Part shown: piece after piece, positions 1 through 11,402 of the stretch
Layout: each line of letters begins with the position of its first letter
Position numbering within the stretch: position 1 is the stretch's first letter
Assembly: GCA_964057225.1 (NCBI GenBank)
Contig: OZ059895.1
Location: 17,484,001-17,548,000, forward strand
Direction of reading: 5' to 3'
DNA length: 64,000 bases
Source: Auanema rhodensis
Taxonomy: Eukaryota > Animalia > Nematoda
Translations under genes and position numbers: made by a program
The notes under the pieces: model-generated
What the model was told of the DNA's origin: nothing
Seen by the model: the letters and a program-made list of their open reading frames with translations, nothing else
The model's database searches: none

Positions 1-57
1 CAGTATTGTTAAAAGTGACAAAGTGATTATTATCGACAAATGAAAACAACTTATCAA

Positions 58-2175
58 GCCTCATTGGCTCAGGAGCAGAGCGTCTGTCTAGTCGATTCCA
101 GCTTGAGGCATCTTTTTAGACTTTCTCAAACTATTTTTAGGATTTATTCGTGCTTCTCGAAGCTTTTACTTCAGGTTACATCTTCTCTTATTCATTCGAA
201 TGAAATATTTTACTTCAATACGGAGCAGTATTGTTAAAAGTGACAAAGTGATTATTATCGACAAATGAAAACAAATTATTAAGCCTCATTGGCTCAGAGG
301 CAGAGCGTCTGTCTAGTCGATTCCAGCATGAGGCATCGTTTTAGACTTTCTCAAACTATTTTTAGGATTCATTCGTGCTTCTCAAAGCTTTTACTTCAGG
401 TTACATCTTCTCTCATTCATTCGAATGAAATATTTTACTTCAATACGGAGCAGTATTGTTAAAAGTGACAAAGTGATTATTATCGACAAATGAAAACAAC
501 TTATCAAGCCTCATTGGCTCAGGGGCAGAGCGTCTGTCTAGTAAACAGAAGGTCGCTGGTTCGATTCCAGCATGAGGCATCGTTTTAGACTTTTTCAAAA
601 TATTTTGAAGATTAATTCGTGCTTCTTGAAGCTTTTACTTCAGGTTACATCTTCTCTTATTCATTAGAATGAAATATTTTACTTCAATACGGAGCAGTAT
701 TGTTAAAATTGACAAAGTGATTATTATCGACAAAAGAAAACAACTTATCAAGCTTCATTGGCTCAGGGGCAGAGCGTCTGTCTAGTCGATTCCAGCATGA
801 GGCATCGTTTTAGACTTTCTCAAACTATTTTGAGGATTAATTCGTGCTTCTTGAAGCTTTTACTTCAGTTTACATCTTCTCTTATTCATTCGAATGAAAT
901 ATTTTACTTGAATAAGGAGCAGTATTGTTGAAAGTGACTAAGAGATTATTATCGACAAATGAAAATAACTTATCAAGCCTCATTGGCTCAGGGGCAGAGC
1001 GTCTGTCTAGTAAACATTCCAGCATGAGGCATCGTTTTAGACTTTCTCAAACTATTTTGAGGATTAATTCGTGCTTCTTGAAGCTTTTACTTCAGGTTAC
1101 ATCTTCTGTTATTCATTCGAATGAAATATTTTACTTCAATACGGAGCAGTATTGTTAAAAGTGACTAAGAGATTATAATAGAGAAATGAGAATAACTTAT
1201 CAAGCCTCATTGGCTCAGGGGCAGAGCGTCTGTCTAGTCGATTCCAGCATGAGGCATCGTTTTAGACTTTCTCAAACTATTTTGAAGATTAATTCGTGCT
1301 TCTTGAAGCTTTTACTTCAGGTTACATCTTCTGTTATTCATTCGAATGAAATATTTTACTTCAATACGGAGCAGTATTGTTAAAAGTGACTAAGAGATAA
1401 TAATAGAGAAATGAGAATAACTTATCAAGCCTCATTGGCTCAGGGGCAGAGCGTCTGTCTAGTCGATTCCAGCATGAGGCATCGTTTTAGACTTTCTCAA
1501 AACATTTTTAGGATTCATTCGTGCTTCTCGAAGCTTTTACTTCAGGTTACATCTTCTGTTATTCATTCGAATGAAATATTTTACTTCAATACGGAGCAGT
1601 ATTGTTAAAAGTGACTAAGAGATTATAATAGAGAAATGAGAATAACTTATCAAGCCTCATTGGCTCAGGGGCAGAGCGTCTGTCTAGTCGATTCCAGCAT
1701 GAGGCATCGTTTTAGACTTTCTCAAACTATTTTGAAGATTAATTCGTGCTTCTTGAAGCGTTTACTTCAGGTTACATCTTCTCTTATTCATTCGAATGAA
1801 ATATTTTACTTCAATATGGAGCAGTATTGTTAAAAGTGACAAAGTGATTATTATCGACAAATGAAAACAACTTATCAAGCCTCATTGGCTCAGGGCCAGC
1901 GTCTGTCTAGTAAACAGAAGGTCGCTGGTTCGATTCCAGCATGAGGCATCGTTTTAGACTTTTTCAAACTATTTTGAGGATTAATTCGTGCTTCTTGAAG
2001 CTTTTACTTCAGGTTACATCTTCTCTTATTCATTCGAATGAAATATTTTACTTCAATACGGAGCAGTATTGTTAAAAGTGACAAAGTGATTATTATCGAC
2101 AAATGAAAACAACTTATCAAGCCTCATTGGCTCAGGGGCAGAGCGTCTGTCTAGTAAACATTCCAGCATGAGGCA
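58..2175 (+). pseudogene. Internally deleted tRNA-Thr copies (19-bp deletion at 58, 283, 752, 1204, 1429, 1654; 17-bp deletion at 977, 2121)
   Basis: CTAGT|CGATTCC lacks tRNA nt 36-54 and CTAGTAAACA|TTCC lacks nt 41-57. The anticodon stem, T stem and B box are disrupted. Confidence 0.9.
508..579 (+). tRNA. tRNA-Thr(AGT), full length (representative copy)
   Basis: Cloverleaf: acceptor GCCTCAT/ATGAGGC, D stem GCTC/GAGC, anticodon stem TCTGT/ACAGA with loop CT-AGT-AA, T stem GCTGG/CCAGC with loop TTCGATT, discriminator A. A T-run follows. Confidence 0.95.
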
Positions 2176-2347
2176 TCTTTTTAGACTTTCTCAAACTATT
2201 TTTAGGATTCATTCGTGCTTCTCGAAGCTTTTACTTCAGGTTACATCTTCTGTTATTCATTCGAATGAAATATTTTACTTCAATACGGAGCAGTATTGTT
2301 AAAAGTGACAAAGTGATTATTATCGACAAATGAAAACAACTTATCAA

Positions 2348-2419
2348 GCCTCATTGGCTCAGGGGCAGAGCGTCTGTCTAGTAAACAGAAGGTCGCTGGT
2401 TCGATTCCAGCATGAGGCA
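2348..2419 (+). tRNA. tRNA-Thr(AGT), full length
   Basis: Same 72-nt cloverleaf as 508-579. Confidence 0.93.
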
Positions 2420-2706
2420 TCGTTTTAGACTTTTTCAAAATATTTTGAAGATTAATTCGTGCTTCTTGAAGCTTTTACGGCAGAGCGTCTGTCTAGTAAA
2501 CAGAAGGTCGCTGGTTCGATTCCAGCATGAGGCATCTTTTTAGACTTTCTCAAACTATTTTGAGGATCTATTCGTAGTTCTTAAAGCTTTTACTTCAGGT
2601 TACATCTTTTATTATTCAATCAAATGAAATCTTTATATTCAATATGTATACGCATTGTTGAAAGTGGCGCAGAGATTATAATCGAGAAATGAAAACGATT
2701 TATCAA

Positions 2707-4486
2707 GCCTCATTGGCTCAGGGGCAGAGCGTCTGTCTAGTAAACAGAAGGTCGCTGGTTCGATTCCAGCATGAGGCATCTTTTTAGAATTTCTAAAACT
2801 ATTTTGAGGATCTATTCGTAGTTCTTAAAGCTTTTACTTCAGGTTACATCTTTTCTTATTCAATCAAATGAAATCTTTATATTCAATATGTATACGCATT
2901 GTTGAAAGTGGCGCAGAGATTATAATCGAGAAATGAAAACGATTTATCAAGCCTCATTGGCTCAGGGGCAGAGCGTCTGTCTAGTAAACAGAAGGTCGCT
3001 GGTTCGATTCCAGCATGAGGCATCTTTTTAGAATTTCTAAAACTATTTTGAGGATCTATTCGTAGTTCTTAAAGCTTTTACTTCAGGTTACATCTTTTCT
3101 TATTCAATCAAATGAAATCTTTATATTCAATATGTATACGCATTGTTGAAAGTGGCGCAGAGATTATAATCGAGAAATGAAAACGATTTATCAAGCCTCA
3201 TTGGCTCAGGGGCAGAGCGTCTGTCTAGTAAACAGAAGGTCGCTGGTTCGATTCCAGCATGAGGCATCTTTTTAGAATTTCTAAAACTATTTTGAGGATC
3301 TATTCGTAGTTCTTAAAGCTTTTACTTCAGGTTACATCTTTTCTTATTCAATCAAATGAAATCTTTATATTCAATATGTATACGCATTGTTGAAAGTGGC
3401 GCAGAGATTATAATCGAGAAATGAAAACGATTTATCAAGCCTCATTGGCTCAGGGGCAGAGCGTCTGTCTAGTAAACAGAAGGTCGCTGGTTCGATTCCA
3501 GCATGAGGCATCTTTTTAGAATTTCTAAAACTATTTTGAGGATCTATTCGTAGTTCTTAAAGCTTTTACTTCAGGTTACATCTTTTCTTATTCAATCAAA
3601 TGAAATCTTTATATTCAATATGTATACGCATTGTTGAAAGTGGCGCAGAGATTATAATCGAGAAATGAAAACGATTTATCAAGCCTCATTGGCTCAGGGG
3701 CAGAGCGTCTGTCTAGTAAACAGAAGGTCGCTGGTTCGATTCCAGCATGAGGCATCTTTTTAGAATTTCTAAAACTATTTTGAGGATCTATTCGTAGTTC
3801 TTAAAGCTTTTACTTCAGGTTACATCTTTTCTTATTCAATCAAATGAAATCTTTATATTCAATATGTATACGCATTGTTGAAAGTGGCGCAGAGATTATA
3901 ATCGAGAAATGAAAACGATTTATCAAGCCTCATTGGCTCAGGGGCAGAGCGTCTGTCTAGTAAACAGAAGGTCGCTGCTTCGATTCCAGCCTGAGGCATC
4001 TTTTTAGAATTTCTAAAACTATTTTGAGGATCTATTCGTAGTTCTTAAAGCTTTTATTTCAGGTTACATCTTTTATTATTCAATCAAATGAAATCTTTAT
4101 ATTCAATATGTATACGCATTGTTGAAAGTGGCGCAGAGATTATAATCGAGAAATGAAAACAATTAATCAAGCCTCATTGGCTCAGGGGCAGAGCGTCTGT
4201 CTAGTAAACAGAAGGTCGCTGGTTCGATTCCAGCATGAGGCATCTTTTTAGACTTTCTCAAACTATTTTGAGGATTAATTTGTACTTCTTGAAACTTTTG
4301 CTTCAGGTTACATCTTCTCTTATTCATTCGAATGAAATATTTTACTTCAATACGGAGCAGTATTGTTAAAAGTGACAAAGTGATTATTATCGACAAATGA
4401 AAACAACTTGTTAAGCCTCATTGGCTCAGGGGCAGAGCGTCTGTCTAGTAAACAGAAGGTCGCTGGTTCGATTCCAGCATGAGACA
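2707..4486 (+). tRNA. Block of 8 full-length tRNA-Thr(AGT) genes (starts 2707, 2951, 3195, 3439, 3683, 3927, 4171, 4415)
   Basis: Intact 72-nt cloverleafs at exact 244-bp spacing. The copies at 3927 (T-stem and acceptor mismatches) and 4415 (acceptor mismatch) carry point variants. Confidence 0.93.
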
Positions 4487-5109
4487 TCGTTTTAGACTTT
4501 TTCAAACTATTTTGAGGATTAATTCGTGCTTCTTGACGCTTTTACTTCAGGTTACATCTTCTCTTAATCATTCAAATGAAATGTTTCAATTGAATATGTA
4601 CACGCATTGTTGAAAGTGACTAAGAGATTATTATCGACAAATGAAAATAACTTATCAAGCCTCATTGGCTCAGGGGCAGAGCGTCTGTCTAGTAAAATTC
4701 CAGCTTGAGGCATCTTTTTAGACTTTCTCAAACTATTTTTAGGATTTATTCGTGCTTCTCGAAGCTTTTACTTCAGGTTACATCTTCTCTTATTCATTCG
4801 AATGAAATATTTTACTTCAATACGGAGCAGTATTGTTAAAAGTGACAAAGTGATTATTATCGACAAATGAAAACAAATTATCAAGCCTCATTGGCTCAGA
4901 GGCAGAGCGTCTGTCTAGTCGATTCCAGCATGAGGCATCGTTTTAGACTTTCTCAAACTATTTTTAGGATTCATTCGTGCTTCTCAAAGCTTTTACTTCA
5001 GGTTACATCTTCTCTCATTCATTCGAATGAAATATTTTACTTCAATACGGAGCAGTATTGTTAAAAGTGACAAAGTGATTATTATCGACAAATGAAAACA
5101 ACTTATCAA

Positions 5110-5181
5110 GCCTCATTGGCTCAGGGGCAGAGCGTCTGTCTAGTAAACAGAAGGTCGCTGGTTCGATTCCAGCATGAGGCA
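5110..5181 (+). tRNA. tRNA-Thr(AGT), full length
   Basis: Same 72-nt cloverleaf. Confidence 0.93.
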
Positions 5182-6720
5182 TCGTTTTAGACTTTTTCAA
5201 AATATTTTGAAGATTAATTCGTGCTTCTTGAAGCTTTTACTTCAGGTTACATCTTCTCTTATTCATTAGAATGAAATATTTTACTTCAATACGGAGCAGT
5301 ATTGTTAAAATTGACAAAGTGATTATTATCGACAAAAGAAAACAACTTATCAAGCTTCATTGGCTCAGGGGCAGAGCGTCTGTCTAGTCGATTCCAGCAT
5401 GAGGCATCGTTTTAGACTTTCTCAAACTATTTTGAGGATTAATTCGTGCTTCTTGAAGCTTTTACTTCAGGTTACATCTTCTGTTATTCATTCAAATGAA
5501 ATATTTTACTTCAATACGGAGCAGTATTGTTAAAAGTGACTAAGAGATTATAATAGAGAAATGAGAATAACTTATCAAGCCTCATTGGCTCAGGGGCAGA
5601 GCGTCTGTCTAGTCGATTCCAGCATGAGGCATCGTTTTAGACTTTCTCAAACTATTTTGAAGATTAATTCGTGCTTCTTGAAGCTTTTACTTCAGGTTAC
5701 ATCTTCTGTTATTCATTCGAATGAAATATTTTACTTCAATACGGAGCAGTATTGTTAAAAGTGACTAAGAGATAATAATAGAGAAATGAGAATAACTTAT
5801 CAAGCCTCATTGGCTCAGGGGCAGAGCGTCTGTCTAGTCGATTCCAGCATGAGGCATCGTTTTAGACTTTCTCAAAACATTTTTAGGATTCATTCGTGCT
5901 TCTCGAAGCTTTTACTTCAGGTTACATCTTCTGTTATTCATTCGAATGAAATATTTTACTTCAATACGGAGCAGTATTGTTAAAAGTGACTAAGAGATTA
6001 TAATAGAGAAATGAGAATAACTTATCAAGCCTCATTGGCTCAGGGGCAGAGCGTCTGTCTAGTCGATTCCAGCATGAGGCATCGTTTTAGACTTTCTCAA
6101 ACTATTTTGAAGATTAATTCGTGCTTCTTGAAGCGTTTACTTCAGGTTACATCTTCTCTTATTCATTCGAATGAAATATTTTACTTCAATATGGAGCAGT
6201 ATTGTTAAAAGTGACAAAGTGATTATTATCGACAAATGAAAACAACTTATCAAGCCTCATTGGCTCAGGGCCAGCGTCTGTCTAGTAAACAGAAGGTCGC
6301 TGGTTCGATTCCAGCATGAGGCATCGTTTTAGACTTTTTCAAACTATTTTGAGGATTAATTCGTGCTTCTTGAAGCTTTTACTTCAGGTTACATCTTCTC
6401 TTATTCATTCGAATGAAATATTTTACTTCAATATGGAGCAGTATTGTTAAAAGTGACAAAGTGATTATTATCGACAAATGAAAACAACTTATCAAGCCTC
6501 ATTGGCTCAGGGCCAGCGTCTGTCTAGTAAACATTCCAGCATGAGGCATCTTTTTAGACTTTCTCAAACTATTTTTAGGATTCATTCGTGCTTCTCGAAG
6601 CTTTTACTTCAGGTTACATCTTCTGTTATTCATTCGAATGAAATATTTTACTTCAATACGGAGCAGTATTGTTAAAAGTGACAAAGTGATTATTATCGAC
6701 AAATGAAAACAACTTATCAA

Positions 6721-6792
6721 GCCTCATTGGCTCAGGGGCAGAGCGTCTGTCTAGTAAAGAGAAGGTCGCTGGTTCGATTCCAGCATGAGGCA
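6721..6792 (+). tRNA. tRNA-Thr(AGT), full length with anticodon-stem mismatch
   Basis: ACAGA is changed to AGAGA in the 3' strand of the anticodon stem. Confidence 0.75.
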
Positions 6793-7365
6793 TCGTTTTA
6801 GACTTTTTCAAAATATTTTGAAGATTAATTCGTGCTTCTTGAAGCTTTTACATCAGGTTACAACTTCTCTTATTCATTAGAATGAAATATTTTACTTCAA
6901 TACGGAGCAGTATTGTTAAAATTGACAAAGTGATTATTATCGACAAATGAAAACAACTTATCAAGCCTCATTGGCTCAGGGGCAGAGCGTCTGTCTAGTC
7001 GATTCCAGCATGAGGTATCGTTTTAGACTTTCTCAAACTATTTTGAGGATTAATTTGTACTTCTTGAAACTTTTGCTTCAGGTTACATCTTCTCTTATTC
7101 ATTCGAATGAAATATTTTACTTCAATACGGAGCAGTATTGTTAAAAGTGACAAAGTGATTATTATCGACAAATGAAAACAACTTGTTAAGCCTCATTGGC
7201 TCAGGGGCAGAGCGTCTGTCTAGTAAACATTCCAGCATGAGGCATCTTTTTAGACTTTCTCAAACTATTTTTAGGATTCATTCGTGCTTCTCGAAGCTTT
7301 TACTTCAGGTTACATCTTCTGTTATTCATTCGAATGAAATATTTTACTTCAATACGGAGCTAGAC

Positions 7366-8718
7366 ACTAGACAGACGCTGGCCCTGAGCCAATGAGGCTT
7401 GATAAGTTGTTTTCATTTGTCGATAATAATCACTTTGTCACTTTTAACAATACTGCTCCATATTGAAGTAAAATATTTCATTCGAATGAATAAGAGAAGA
7501 TGTAACCTGAAGTAAACGCTTCAAGAAGCACGAATTAATCTTCAAAATAGTTTGAGAAAGTCTAAAACGATGCCTCATGCTGGAATCGACTAGACAGACG
7601 CTCTGCCCCTGAGCCAATGAGGCTTGATAAGTTATTCTCATTTCTCTATTATAATCTCTTAGTCACTTTTAACAATACTGCTCCGTATTGAAGTAAAATA
7701 TTTCATTCGAATGAATAACAGAAGATGTAACCTGAAGTAAAAGCTTCGAGAAGCACGAATGAATCCTAAAAATGTTTTGAGAAAGTCTAAAACGATGCCT
7801 CATGCTGGAATCGACTAGACAGACGCTCTGCCCCTGAGCCAATGAGGCTTGATAAGTTATTCTCATTTCTCTATTATTATCTCTTAGTCACTTTTAACAA
7901 TACTGCTCCGTATTGAAGTAAAATATTTCATTCGAATGAATAACAGAAGATGTAACCTGAAGTAAAAGCTTCAAGAAGCACGAATTAATCCTCAAAATAG
8001 TTTGAGAAAGTCTAAAACGATGCCTCATGCTGGAATCGAACCAGCGACCTTCTGTTTACTAGACAGACGCTCTGCCCCTGAGCCAATGAGGCTTGATAAG
8101 TTGTTTTCATTTGTCGATAATAATCACTTTGTCACTTTTAACAATACTGCTCCGTATTGAAGTAAAATATTTCATTCGAATGAATAACAGAAGATGTAAC
8201 CTGAAGTAAAAGCTTCGAGAAGCACGAATGAATCCTAAAAATAGTTTGAGAAAGTCTAAAAAGATGCCTCATGCTGGAATGTTTACTAGACAGACGCTCT
8301 GCCCCTGAGCCAATGAGGCTTGATAAGTTGTTTTCATTTGTCGATAATAATCACTTTGTCACTTTTAACAATACTGCTCCGTATTGAAGTAAAATATTTC
8401 ATTCGAATGAATAAGAGAAGATGTAACCTGAAGTAAAAGCTTCAAGAAGCACGAATTAATCCTCAAAATAGTTTGAAAAAGTCTAAAACGATGCCTCATG
8501 CTGGAATCGAACCAGCGACCTTCTGTTTACTAGACAGACGCTGGCCCTGAGCCAATGAGGCTTGATAAGTTGTTTTCATTTGTCGATAATAATCACTTTG
8601 TCACTTTTAACAATACTGCTCCATATTGAAGTAAAATATTTCATTCGAATGAATAAGAGAAGATGTAACCTGAAGTAATTTTTACTAGACAGACGCTCTG
8701 CCCCTGAGCCAATGAGGC
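7366..8718 (-). pseudogene. Deleted or truncated tRNA-Thr copies on the minus arm (5' halves at 7366-7398 and 8681-8718; 19-bp deletion at 7571 and 7796; 17-bp deletion at 8265; D-loop variant at 8492)
   Basis: Reverse-complement versions of the same alleles. Two copies end at or just after the anticodon loop, at rearrangement junctions. Confidence 0.88.
8021..8092 (-). tRNA. tRNA-Thr(AGT), full length
   Basis: Reverse complement of the 72-nt cloverleaf. Confidence 0.93.
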
Positions 8719-8890
8719 TTGATAAATCGTTTTCATTTCTCGATTATAATCTCTGCGCCACTTTCAACAATGCGTATACATATTGAATATAAAGATTTCA
8801 TTTGATTGAATAAGAAAAGATGTAACCTGAAATAAAAGCTTTAAGAACTACGAATAGATCCTCAAAATAGTTTTAGAAATTCTAAAAAGA

Positions 8891-11402
8891 TGCCTCATGC
8901 TGGAATCGAACCAGCGACCTTCTGTTTACTAGACAGACGCTCTGCCCCTGAGCCAATGAGGCTTGATTAATTGTTTTCATTTCTCGATTATAATCTCTGC
9001 GCCACTTTCAACAATGCGTATACATATTGAATATAAAGATTTCATTTGATTGAATAAGAAAAGATGTAACCTGAAGTAAAAGCTTTAAGAACTACGAATA
9101 GATCCTCAAAATAGTTTTAGAAATTCTAAAAAGATGCCTCATGCTGGAATCGAACCAGCGACCTTCTGTTTACTAGACAGACGCTCTGCCCCTGAGCCAA
9201 TGAGGCTTGATAAATTGTTTTCATTTCTCGATTATAATCACTTTGTCACTTTTAACAATACTGCTTCGTATTGAAGTAAAATATTTCATTCGAATGAATA
9301 AGAGAAGATGTAACCTGAAGTAAAAGCTTCGAGAAGCACGAATGAATCCTAAAAATAGTTTGAGAAAGTCTAAAAAGATGCCTCATGCTGGAATCGAACC
9401 AGCGACCTTCTGTTTACTAGACAGACGCTCTGCCCCTGAGCCAATGAGGCTTGATTAATTGTTTTCATTTCTCGATTATAATCTCTGCGCCACTTTCAAC
9501 AATGCGTATACATATTGAATATAAAGATTTCATTTGATTGAATAATAAAAGATGTAACCTGAAATAAAAGCTTTAAGAACTACGAATAGATCCTCAAAAT
9601 AGTTTTAGAAATTCTAAAAAGATGCCTCAGGCTGGAATCGAAGCAGCGACCTTCTGTTTACTAGACAGACGCTCTGCCCCTGAGCCAATGAGGCTTGATA
9701 AATCGTTTTCATTTCTCGATTATAATCTCTGCGCCACTTTCAACAATGCGTATACATATTGAATATAAAGATTTCATTTGATTGAATAAGAAAAGATGTA
9801 ACCTGAAGTAAAAGCTTTAAGAACTACGAATAGATCCTCAAAATAGTTTTAGAAATTCTAAAAAGATGCCTCATGCTGGAATCGAACCAGCGACCTTCTG
9901 TTTACTAGACAGACGCTCTGCCCCTGAGCCAATGAGGCTTGATAAATTGTTTTCATTTCTCGATTATAATCACTTTGTCACTTTTAACAATACTGCTTCG
10001 TATTGAAGTAAAATATTTCATTCGAATGAATAAGAGAAGATGTAACCTGAAGTAAAAGCTTCGAGAAGCACGAATGAATCCTAAAAATAGTTTGAGAAAG
10101 TCTAAAAAGATGCCTCATGCTGGAATCGAACCAGCGACCTTCTGTTTACTAGACAGACGCTCTGCCCCTGAGCCAATGAGGCTTGATTAATTGTTTTCAT
10201 TTCTCGATTATAATCACTTTGTCACTTTTAACAATACTGCTCCGTATTGAAGTAAAATATTTCATTCGAATGAATAAGAGAAGATGTAACCTGAAGTAAA
10301 AGCTTCGAGAAGCACGAATTAATCCTCAAAATAGTTTGAAAAAGTCTAAAACGATGCCTCATGCTGGAATCGAACCAGCGACCTTCTGTTTACTAGACAG
10401 ACGCTCTGCCCCTGAGCCAATGAGGCTTGATAAATCGTTTTCATTTCTCGATTATAATCTCTGCGCCACTTTCAACAATGCGTATACATATTGAATATAA
10501 AGATTTCATTTGATTGAATAAGAAAAGATGTAACCTGAAGTAAAAGCTTTAAGAACTACGAATAGATCCTCAAAATAGTTTTAGAAATTCTAAAAAGATG
10601 CCTCATGCTGGAATCGAACCAGCGACCTTCTGTTTACTAGACAGACGCTCTGCCCCTGAGCCAATGAGGCTTGATAAATCGTTTTCATTTCTCGATTATA
10701 ATCTCTGCGCCACTTTCAACAATGCGTATACATATTGAATATAAAGATTTCATTTGATTGAATAAGAAAAGATGTAACCTGAAGTAAAAGCTTTAAGAAC
10801 TACGAATAGATCCTCAAAATAGTTTTAGAAATTCTAAAAAGATGCCTCATGCTGGAATCGAACCAGCGACCTTCTGTTTACTAGACAGACGCTCTGCCCC
10901 TGAGCCAATGAGGCTTGATAAATCGTTTTCATTTCTCGATTATAATCTCTGCGCCAGTTTCAACAATGCGTATACATATTGAATATAAAGATTTCATTTG
11001 ATTGAATAAGAAAAGATGTAACCTGAAGTAAAAGCTTTAAGAACTACGAATAGATCCTCAAAATAGTTTTAGAAATTCTAAAAAGATGCCTCATGCTGGA
11101 ATCGAACCAGCGACCTTCTGTTTACTAGACAGACGCTCTGCCCCTGAGCCAATGAGGCTTGATAAATTGTTTTCATTTCTCGATTATAATCTCTGCGCCA
11201 CTTTCAACAATGCGTATACATATTGAATATAAAGATTTCATTTGATTGAATAAGAAAAGATGTAACCTGAAGTAAAAGCTTTAAGAACTACGAATAGATC
11301 CTCAAAATAGTTTTAGAAATTCTAAAAAGATGCCTCATGCTGGAATCGAACCAGCGACCTTCTGTTTACTAGACAGACGCTCTGCCCCTGAGCCAATGAG
11401 GC
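8891..11402 (-). tRNA. Block of 11 full-length tRNA-Thr(AGT) genes (left coordinates 8891, 9135, 9379, 9623, 9867, 10111, 10355, 10599, 10843, 11087, 11331)
   Basis: Intact cloverleafs at 244-bp spacing. The 9623 copy has the same two substitutions as the plus-strand copy at 3927. Confidence 0.93.

Larger units (their letters stand above)
4659..7244 (+). pseudogene. Internally deleted tRNA-Thr copies (18-bp deletion at 4659; 19-bp at 4885, 5354, 5579, 5804, 6029, 6965; 17-bp at 6496, 7190)
   Basis: Same deletion junctions as above, plus AGTAAA|ATTCC in the 4659 copy. Confidence 0.9.
1..7360 (+). repeat. Tandem tRNA-Thr(AGT) array, plus-oriented arm (~32 units, 225-244 bp period; continues off the left edge)
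   Basis: Unit start GCCTCATTGG (GCTTCATTGG at 752 and 5354) recurs at 58, 283, 508, 752, 977, 1204, 1429, 1654, 1879, 2121, 2348, (2479 partial), 2707, 2951, 3195, 3439, 3683, 3927, 4171, 4415, 4659, 4885, 5110, 5354, 5579, 5804, 6029, 6254, 6496, 6721, 6965 and 7190, each followed by a ~172-bp AT-rich spacer. Confidence 0.97.

Noticed and set aside
501-580. Possible suppressor (CTA/amber) anticodon in ...GTCTAGTAAAC...
   Set aside because: The stem TCTGT/ACAGA defines the loop CT-AGT-AA, so the anticodon is AGT (Thr).
40-7866. Repeated 65-77 aa ORFs (MRITYQASLAQGQSVCLVDSS...)
   Set aside because: They are by-products of the 225-bp deleted tRNA unit, whose length is a multiple of 3. They overlap tRNA sequence, are broken in intact units and resemble no protein.
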